From: Zestosphaera tikiterensis
GTDB lineage: Archaea; Thermoproteota; Thermoprotei_A; Sulfolobales; NBVN01
Direction: 5' to 3'
Assembly: GCA_003056265.1 (NCBI GenBank)
Contig: NBVN01000004.1
Coordinates: 150,001-182,000 of the forward strand
DNA length: 32,000 nt
Both the position numbers and the translations under genes were made by a program. Below, one piece after another: positions 7,687 through 13,238 of the stretch; the first letter of the stretch is position 1, and each line of letters starts with the position of its first letter. The notes under the pieces are model-generated. The model searched no databases, was not told the DNA's origin, and worked only from the letters and a program-made list of their open reading frames with translations.

Positions 7687-7845
7687 ATGATGAGGGCGAG
7701 GGGGATGAGCACCAAGTGAACTATGCTTCGCCAATGGCTCTGGAGAACATAGCGACCCTCTGGAGCCGTAGGCGGGGCATAGGGATGCTTAGCCGTGATG
7801 AACCGTCCTACGGAGACCTAAAAAGACCGTAGGCGAAGAACGGTT
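7687..7845 (+). ncRNA. Candidate structured RNA (R1) at the element end, reading outward toward the flank
   Basis: GC content rises sharply against the AT-rich surroundings, starting ~25 nt downstream of TATATAAA (7657-7664). Stems seen by eye are CCCT/AGGG (7682-85/7693-96), GGCGAG/UUCGCC (7695-7700/7727-7732), GGCTC/GAGCC (7737-41/7763-67) and CCGTAGG/CCTACGG (7766-72/7807-13). There is also a terminal hairpin AACCGTCCTACGG-loop-CCGTAGG(CGAAGA)ACGGTT (7801-7845) that ends exactly at the inferred element boundary. No ORF is present. Strand and ends are inferred, not shown. Confidence 0.35.
7801..7845. repeat. Right-end subterminal hairpin of the element
   Basis: AACCGT (7801-06) pairs with ACGGTT (7840-45). 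CCTACGG (7807-13) pairs with CCGTAGG (7827-33). The loop is 13 nt and there is a 6-nt bulge. CCTACGG can alternatively pair with the upstream CCGTAGG at 7766-72. Confidence 0.6.
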
Positions 7846-8008
7846 AGTAGGTATTGAAGTTATGGGGTTAAGAACACATACTGTGGTAATTTTCGGTGAT
7901 GAAGGCGTATACCTCTTGGGTGTTGTTACGTTAGAGGAGTTAGGGCTTGAAATAGATCCTATTAAAGGTGAGCTTAAGCCAGCTGAGTTATTGTTAATGA
8001 AGCTTTAA
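7846..8008 (+). pseudogene. Retropepsin-like aspartyl protease, 3' fragment
   Basis: Translation from ~7852 gives (G)IEVMGLRTHTVVIFGDEGVYLLGVVTLEELGLEIDPIKGELKPAELLLMKL*. This matches the conserved C-terminal half of the small archaeal aspartyl protease family (..viFG.eg...LLGv.tLE.LGL.vDP..g.L.p). Confidence 0.7.
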
Positions 8009-8517
8009 ATAAGTGCTTAACTACAGCAAAATTTAGCAATTTAAAGCGCTTCATAACTATCTAAACAGCTTTCCTACTCTTCAAGTTACGTGAAACGTTA
8101 AAACATACTGTAAGAACGTTAGGTTTAAAACACGTGGTGAAATTGCTACTATCTTAATCACACCGTAACATTACTTAAATGGAGGGTGTGACATCAATCT
8201 TAACACATCCGCTATATGAACGAAGCCTGTGATTCCATAGTAAGGTTTTCAGATTATGACTTCCTCACTCAACATCCTAGTGACTTAAATCATCTATTTG
8301 TTTTCGTTAAATCTAAACTCTATTCCTAATGCGTCATTCCTTAGTCTTGGGAGGTCTTAAAGACTTTATGCGAGGAAAGCGTGAGCGTAAATCTAGTACA
8401 TTGAGCATAAATTATAAACCTCTGCCTCATCCTTACGAATTAACCCCCTGAAGATTTAGTGGGTGCCGTAATTTTAAGGTTAATAAGGTGTGAACGTTAT
8501 TATTTTTGGTGCTTTAG

Positions 8518-9270
8518 TTGGCTGAGAGTTTAGCAGTGAGTTTGGTTGAGCCTATAATTCAAGAGTATGTTAGGAGGGTTATTGAGAAAGCTAGGGCTGG
8601 TAAGAAGCTTAGCGATTGGGAGATAGGTATGTTGATGATGGATTATATGAGGATATCGTTATCGAATAGGATTAGCTCTGTTGAAAAGACTTTGTCTGTA
8701 AGGATTGACTTAATGGAGAGTAGACTTAATGGTGTTGAGGGTAGGCTTGATCGTGTTGAGTCTTCCGTTAATGACTTTAGAGAGAAGCTCACAACCTTCG
8801 ATAAGAAGTTTGGGATGATTGAATCTAGGCTTGAATCTCTTGAAGGTAGGCTTAACAGCGTTGAAGGCAGACTTAACGGTGTTGAAAACAGGCTTGATCA
8901 TGTTGAAGGCAGGCTTGACCGCATCGAGGGTAGGCTTGATCGTGTTGAGTCTTCCGTTAATGACTTTAGAGAGAAGCTCACAACCTTCGATAAGAAGTTT
9001 GGGATGATTGAATCTAGGCTTGAATCTCTTGAAGGTAGGCTTAACAGCGTTGAAGGCAGACTTAACGGTGTTGAAGGCGGCCTCAACGACTTAAGGAGTA
9101 AGTTCGACGCTTTCGATAAAAGATTTACGATTGCGGAGAGTAAACTCGTAAACGTTGAGAAAGGCGTTGAATACTTGAAAGGAAGCCTAGACTCACTAAG
9201 AGATAACGTAATAAACGTTTTAGTTGCTGAACTTAAGAGAAGAGCAGGTATAGAGTCAAAACAGCCGTAG
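8518..9270 (+). CDS. Heptad-repeat coiled-coil protein of unknown function
   Basis: 250-aa ORF. Its central part is made of xxRLxxVE heptads (ESRLNGVEGRLDRVESSVNDFREKL...). It has a non-repetitive N-terminal ~60 aa and no catalytic motif I recognise. Confidence 0.7.
   Translation: MAESLAVSLVEPIIQEYVRRVIEKARAGKKLSDWEIGMLMMDYMRISLSNRISSVEKTLSVRIDLMESRLNGVEGRLDRVESSVNDFREKLTTFDKKFGMIESRLESLEGRLNSVEGRLNGVENRLDHVEGRLDRIEGRLDRVESSVNDFREKLTTFDKKFGMIESRLESLEGRLNSVEGRLNGVEGGLNDLRSKFDAFDKRFTIAESKLVNVEKGVEYLKGSLDSLRDNVINVLVAELKRRAGIESKQP
8737..9075 (+). repeat. Perfect 150-bp duplication with a 189-bp (63-codon) period inside the coiled-coil gene
   Basis: 8737-8886 is identical to 8926-9075, checked line by line. 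The duplication is in frame and duplicates GRLDRVESSVNDFREKLTTFDKKFGMIESRLESLEGRLNSVEGRLNGVE. Confidence 0.95.
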
Positions 9271-9501
9271 GATCCTTAGATTTAGCTACTTAACTAATTC
9301 TATCCATCAGTTATTAAAAACGAAATACGTTTAACCATAGATTTAAAGCTATCTTAAGACTGTTTGTACTTCACCTTCCGTTGACGGAACCGCAGAACTT
9401 AAACTCCGAATCACGAACTCCCGTATGTAGAGAAAAGATGAAAACTCCAAAAAAGCAGGTTGTTAAATGTTTCAACTGTGACTCAACTCTAAGTAGACAG
9501 C

Positions 9502-9509
9502 TATATAAA
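9502..9509 (+). promoter_or_regulatory. TATA box (TATATAAA) upstream of GC-rich segment R2
   Basis: This is the same octamer as in the element promoter. The GC-rich structured segment begins ~35 nt downstream (9543), and the expected transcription start is near 9532. Confidence 0.4.
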
Positions 9510-9542
9510 GCAATAGATATCCACTTCAAGATGTGTAGTTTT

Positions 9543-9716
9543 CCCTAAAGCCTGAGCGTCTCCCATCACGTGGTGATTAAGGAGGTGATCCCTCGGTGGG
9601 GGACGCGGGTGAAGGCTTTAGGTGGGGTTGCCACGAATGGGGGTGAGGGCGATGACAAGCCACCGATGAACTCAAGAGACGACTAAACCTAATGAACCCC
9701 AAGGTCTACATAGGCA
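9543..9716 (+). ncRNA. Candidate structured RNA (R2) with a K-turn-like junction and an internal 12-13 nt complement of the 16S rRNA 3' end
   Basis: This is a GC-rich island in an ORF-free region. The outer 10-bp stem is CCTAAAGCCT (9544-53) with AGGCTTTAGG (9613-22). The inner 9-bp stem is GCGTCTCCC (9556-64) with GGGGGACGC (9598-9606). The two stems are joined by GA on one strand and GGGUGA on the other, which is K-turn-like. The enclosed loop contains AAGGAGGTGATCC (9579-9591). The block TGAGGGCGA..GATGA..TGAACT (9644-9675) is collinear with 7691-7722 of R1. Confidence 0.35.
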
Positions 9717-10218
9717 TACAAACACCTATATAAGCAGAATCCCAGAATATTTCATAGCATAGCAGTAGTATTGGGTTCGGGTTTGAACGTCATTTCTGGT
9801 TACTCTCTTCATCCCCTCATTTTTTGTTCCTCCGTTCCGTCTGGTTTCATCCTTCACAGCGGAGGCTCTTAGGGGCGACCCAAACACCCCCGCACACGCT
9901 TAACCACTTTTCCCTTCTATTCCTTAATACTACCTCAGGGATCCACCTACCCTATAGGTGGATAAACCCCTCATCAACCCAAAAAACAATACTCACTTCT
10001 AACATATATAAACCTTTAAAATAGAAAGAAATTAAAAACATTTAAGAATATCAAGGAATTACATAAAGGGCGATACGGCTATGTTAAGCTCTACCTTAGT
10101 TTGAAACATATGTTGCTCTGAAGGATTTCGCTTAAGCATGGATACAATCATTTAATATGCTATGCGAATATGTTCAGGTAGTTCAAGGACTGTGAAAATG
10201 TATGAATGGTTAATGTTC

Positions 10219-10740
10219 TTAAGACTTATTTCTACCACTTAGTTCCTTTAAGATTTCTTCTTCACTTATCGCTTTCACTAATATAGTCTCTACATTGAGA
10301 TTTCTCGCATGAATAGCCATAGACTCATCATCTGTTAATAATAGGGCTTTAACGTTAAACGCTAAAGCTATGAAGTAAGTATCAAATCCTGACGGAGCTT
10401 CCAACAACGCTACTTCCACTGCCTTGTTAAATAGCAAATCTTCGTTGACTACAATGAAGGTTCTCTCAATAGTACTCACTATATCACTCACCATATCCCG
10501 GCTCAAGCTATTCCTTCTTAATACCGCAACTACCTCAACAAGCCCAGCTCTAGGGAAGTATATAAAGTACCTATTTTTCTTAAGCAGTCTCGTGATAGTC
10601 CTACATTTTTTATGAGTAGACAATTCCCTATCATAAACATTACGTGGTAGATGTTTAGCTGGCTTCAATAAGCTCTTTACGATGACTGTCGTATCTAAGA
10701 CTATGTTAGCTACTTCCTCTCGCACGTCCACGTACCTCAT
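10219..10740 (-). CDS. PIN-domain protein (VapC-like toxin)
   Basis: 173-aa ORF. It has the N-terminal [10 protein letters not shown] acidic strand, an internal E (GLVEVVAVL) and the LTDDESMA motif. It lies directly downstream of, and overlaps, a DUF104-type antitoxin gene. The true start is probably a little downstream of 10740. Confidence 0.7.
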   Translation of the reverse strand: MRYVDVREEVANIVLDTTVIVKSLLKPAKHLPRNVYDRELSTHKKCRTITRLLKKNRYFIYFPRAGLVEVVAVLRRNSLSRDMVSDIVSTIERTFIVVNEDLLFNKAVEVALLEAPSGFDTYFIALAFNVKALLLTDDESMAIHARNLNVETILVKAISEEEILKELSGRNKS

Positions 10741-10918
10741 CTATAACTTTGTCTATATCCTCTTTAGCCTCCAGCTCAAGCCTCTCAACAAGATCGTAAA
10801 AATCCCCTCCAGCAAGTATAACTATCTTTACCTTCTCCCCTTCCTTTAACTCAACTTTCTCTAATGGTCTAAACACACCTCCCTCGTATATCGCCTCCAC
10901 AACCTTCGACATAAGCAC
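10706..10918 (-). CDS. DUF104 (AF2212-like) antitoxin-type protein
   Basis: [31 protein letters not shown] is the canonical DUF104 N-terminal signature. The protein is 70 aa and sits upstream of the PIN gene. Confidence 0.75.
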   Translation of the reverse strand: MLMSKVVEAIYEGGVFRPLEKVELKEGEKVKIVILAGGDFYDLVERLELEAKEDIDKVIDEVRGRARGSS

Positions 10919-11142
10919 GCACCCCTATAATGATATGTCACATTGCTTTTAATAAATAGCTCAGCTGTAAGCTAATTCAACAGACACTCAATAGTACTAA
11001 GTATGAGTTCCTACCGCTACAGCTTACTTATAGTTGATGAGCATAATTAATGATCACTTAGCCGTCGTAGTTGGTAATGAAGATGACAATACGCTAGGCC
11101 TTACTGGTTTAAACTGCTACGGAGAACTTATATCGGTTTATT

Positions 11143-11219
11143 TGGTGGGGCCGCGGGGATTTGAACCCCGGACCACGGGGACCCGAACCCCGCATTCTAC
11201 CAAGCTAAACTACGGCCCC
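11143..11219 (-). tRNA. tRNA-Pro (anticodon CGG), CCA encoded
   Basis: The minus strand reads GGGGCCG-UA-GUUUAGCUUGGUAGAAU-G-CGGGG-UUCGGGU-CCCCG-UGGUC-CGGGG-UUCAAAU-CCCCG-CGGCCCC-ACCA. It has a 7-bp acceptor stem, a 5-bp anticodon stem and a U33-CGG-G37 loop. The T arm is GGGG/UUCAAAU/CCCC. A CTTTTAA TATA-like box (rc of 11244-11250) is centred ~27 nt upstream. Confidence 0.95.
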
Positions 11220-11293
11220 TTCTAAAACAAATTACATCGGGAGTTAAAAGGGTTTAGTTTTTAATTTGCGTAGGGATTCATCTTTGGGTTTAG

Positions 11294-12448
11294 GTGTTGA
11301 GTGAGTTAAGTGTTTTGAAGGAGTTTGTTCGTGAGTTAAGCGCTCCTTTCGTAGGTCGTGAGGAGGAAGCTGAAGTTGTTGTTCTATCTATTTTATCTAA
11401 AGAGCATGGGATTTTAATTGGCGAGCCTGGCACAGCTAAGTCCGCGATTGTTAGGAGGGCTGCGGAGCTTCTTAACGCTAAGTTCTTTAAGTACTTACTG
11501 ACTAGGTTTACGGAGCCTTCCGAGATATTCGGTCCTTTAGATATTAAGGCTTTAGAGGAGGGTAGGTATGTAAGGCTTTCCACGGGTAAGTTACCGGATG
11601 CTGAGATAGCTTTCTTAGATGAGGTTTTTAAAGCTAATTCAGCTATTTTAAACGCTTTAAACACTCTACTTCAGGAGAGGGTTTTATACGACGGCTTCAC
11701 TGAGTTAAGCGTTAACCTCTGGTCTTTATTCGGCGCTAGTAATGAAGTACCGGACGACCCTGAGGTTGAGTCCGTCTACGATAGGTTTTTAGTTAGGCAT
11801 TTCGTCAGGCCTGTATCGGAGGATTTATGGAGTGAGTTACTTAAGCGTTCTTGGGCTATCGAGAAGGAGATCTTCTTCAACGGCTCCCTCCACGCTAGGA
11901 AGTTACTCGATATGAACGATTTAAGAAAACTTCACGCGATACTTTATGAAGTTGATTTAAGCGGTGTTGAAGGTAGGTTGATGAGGTTATTCGCCGTTTT
12001 CGAGAGTAGGGGGATTCACTTAACCGATAGGCGGAAGGGCAAGTCTTTAAAACTCGTAGCAGCTAAAGCCTTACTTAACGGAAGGAGGGTTGCTTTAGAG
12101 GAGGATTTAATGGCTGTTAAGTACGTAGCCGTTAGGGATTGGGAGGACGTGGAGAAAGTCAACACGGTATTAGCTGAGGAGTTAAAAACACCTTATAAAT
12201 ACTTAAGAGATTTAAACGAGATTAAATCAAACCTAAAGGAACTTCATAACTACGTCCTCTCACTTAAAAACATAGAGAGTAGCTTCGTAGACACTAAATT
12301 TAAATCCATAGCTAGGGAGTTAGAGATAACTAGAGGTAAGGTCGTAAGCATAATGAGGGAATCTCAAGACCCTCAAGTAATTAAAGCCGGTGAGGACGTC
12401 ATAAACCTAATAAACAATATAATGGAGTTAATAACGAAGAGAAGGTGA
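11294..12448 (+). CDS. MoxR/RavA-like AAA+ ATPase
   Basis: 384-aa ORF. Walker A is GEPGTAKS and Walker B is AFLDEVFKA. It has the sensor/arginine region NALNTLLQERV and a C-terminal LTDRRKGKSLKLVAAKALLNGRRVALEEDL lid typical of the MoxR family (COG0714). Confidence 0.85.
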   Translation: MLSELSVLKEFVRELSAPFVGREEEAEVVVLSILSKEHGILIGEPGTAKSAIVRRAAELLNAKFFKYLLTRFTEPSEIFGPLDIKALEEGRYVRLSTGKLPDAEIAFLDEVFKANSAILNALNTLLQERVLYDGFTELSVNLWSLFGASNEVPDDPEVESVYDRFLVRHFVRPVSEDLWSELLKRSWAIEKEIFFNGSLHARKLLDMNDLRKLHAILYEVDLSGVEGRLMRLFAVFESRGIHLTDRRKGKSLKLVAAKALLNGRRVALEEDLMAVKYVAVRDWEDVEKVNTVLAEELKTPYKYLRDLNEIKSNLKELHNYVLSLKNIESSFVDTKFKSIARELEITRGKVVSIMRESQDPQVIKAGEDVINLINNIMELITKRR

Positions 12449-12452
12449 TTAA

Positions 12453-12968
12453 TTGAAGTTAGGACTTAACCACATACCAGAGCCGTATAAGTCAATCGTT
12501 GAGTTAGTGTTTAAAAACCTACTTAACGTTTTTAAAGATGATCTAATATCCTTCGTTATCTACGGCTCCGTAGCTAGAGGTCAGGCGAAGCCTGAAAGCG
12601 ATATAGATATGTTAATCGTAGTTAAAAACCTACCTAAGAACAGGTTTGAAAGAACTGCGTTATTTATAGAGTTAATTGAGAGGAAGGTTGAACCACTACT
12701 TCAGGAGTTGATGGACAGAGGGTATTACATAAACTTAAGCCCTATACTTAAAGAACCTGAGGAAGCTTCTAAAATAACGCCGCTCTACTTAGATATGGTT
12801 GAAGATGCTGTGATTATATACGATAAAAACAACTTCATAACTAACGTCTTACTAAGGCTTAAGAAAAGGTTAAGTGAGTTAGGAGCTGAGAGGGTTTGGA
12901 TGGGCAGGAAGTGGTTTTGGATTCTTAAGAAAGACTACAGGTTTGGTGAGGTTATAGAGATTGAATAA
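12453..12968 (+). CDS. Minimal nucleotidyltransferase (MNT/Pol-beta superfamily)
   Basis: The YGSVARGQAKPESDIDMLIV motif is the GS-x9-DxD signature. The protein is 171 aa. Its start lies 4 nt after the MoxR stop. Confidence 0.8.
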   Translation: MKLGLNHIPEPYKSIVELVFKNLLNVFKDDLISFVIYGSVARGQAKPESDIDMLIVVKNLPKNRFERTALFIELIERKVEPLLQELMDRGYYINLSPILKEPEEASKITPLYLDMVEDAVIIYDKNNFITNVLLRLKKRLSELGAERVWMGRKWFWILKKDYRFGEVIEIE

Positions 12969-13212
12969 CGTAGAGTTAGCGAAGTCAAACATTAAGCAAG
13001 CTGAGGAAGCGCTAGAATCAGGTAATTACCGTTTCTCCCTAGATAAGACCACGAAACGCTATAGTTTAAATAAAATGAAGCGGTAGGGACAAACGGTGCC
13101 TCATGAAGAACTCTACACAAGGTTGGATGCGGAGCAAGCGTTAAGTCAAGCTTTGAAGGTTTATGAGATCGTGATTAAGCTTTTTACTGGTGTAGTGAGT
13201 AATAACTCATGA
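12961..13212 (+). pseudogene. Decayed HEPN-like partner of the MNT gene
   Basis: My own translation from TTG 12961, overlapping the MNT stop, gives NNVELAKSNIKQAEEALESGNYRFSLDKTTKRYSLNKMKR*GQTVPHEELYTRLDAEQALSQALKVYEIVIKLFTGVVSNNS*. The N-terminal (..A...l..A...l..g.y) and C-terminal helices resemble HEPN. There is an in-frame TAG at 13084-13086, and the total length (~81 codons) is far short of the usual ~120-135 aa, so the central part appears deleted. Confidence 0.4.
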
Positions 13213-13238
13213 GTTGGGTTGCTTAAGGTGCGGTTTCC

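Larger units (their letters stand above)
6434..7845 (-). mobile_element. ~1.41-kb insertion element carrying an AbrB-like ORF and a TnpB/OrfB-like ORF, with imperfect subterminal inverted repeats
   Basis: It interrupts the protease gene. AGTAGG occurs at 6428-6433 and 7846-7851, so it is a candidate 6-bp target duplication; removing 6434-7851 restores the frame ...EKEVG|IEVMGLRTHTVVIFGDEG... The subterminal inverted core is AGGTCTCTGTAGG (6468-6480) against CCTACGGAGACCT (7807-7819), 12/13 matches. A looser ~40-nt end-to-end match (about 26/40 by hand) contains it. Boundaries are uncertain by about 6 bp because AGTAG also occurs at 6441-6445. Confidence 0.7.

Noticed and set aside
8241-8300. 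Minus-strand C/D-like pattern (AGAUGAUU ... CUGA)
   Set aside because: The box C is poor, there are no credible C'/D' boxes, and the spacer lengths are wrong.
8710-9086. Track ORFs 8710-8901(-), 8819-9007(+) and 8898-9086(-)
   Set aside because: They are alternative-frame or antisense artefacts of the repetitive coiled-coil gene, kept open by the repeat itself.
9438-9548. 36-codon ORF MKTPKKQVVKCFNCDSTLSRQLYKAIDIHFKMCSFP
   Set aside because: It has only one CxxC, and the TATA box for R2 lies inside it. There is no Shine-Dalgarno motif, and its stop sits in the R2 outer stem. It is probably non-coding or a gene remnant.
9579-9591. AAGGAGGTGATCC as a fragment of a 16S rRNA gene (minus strand)
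   Set aside because: The flanking minus-strand sequence does not resemble helix 45 or the GUAGCCGUAGGGGAACCUGCGGCUG context, so it is not an rRNA remnant.
9424-9712. 8-bp inverted repeat TATGTAGA / TCTACATA bracketing R2, as possible ends of a ~290-bp MITE
   Set aside because: An 8-bp inverted match within ~290 bp is expected by chance at appreciable frequency, and extension beyond 8 bp needs an indel. It is kept only as a weak supporting note in the R2 finding.
9773-9789. GGGTTCGGGTTTGAAC as a partial tRNA-Pro T-arm copy (att site)
   Set aside because: Only ~8-9 nt are similar to the tRNA (GGGGATTTGAACC). It forms no T-arm hairpin and there is no adjacent acceptor sequence.
9824-10024. Track ORF 9824-10024(+)
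   Set aside because: It is Pro/Ser/Thr/Leu low-complexity, has no start context, and lies in the structured/T-rich non-coding region.
11034-11225. Track ORF 11034-11225(+)
   Set aside because: Its 3' half is simply the antisense of tRNA-Pro.
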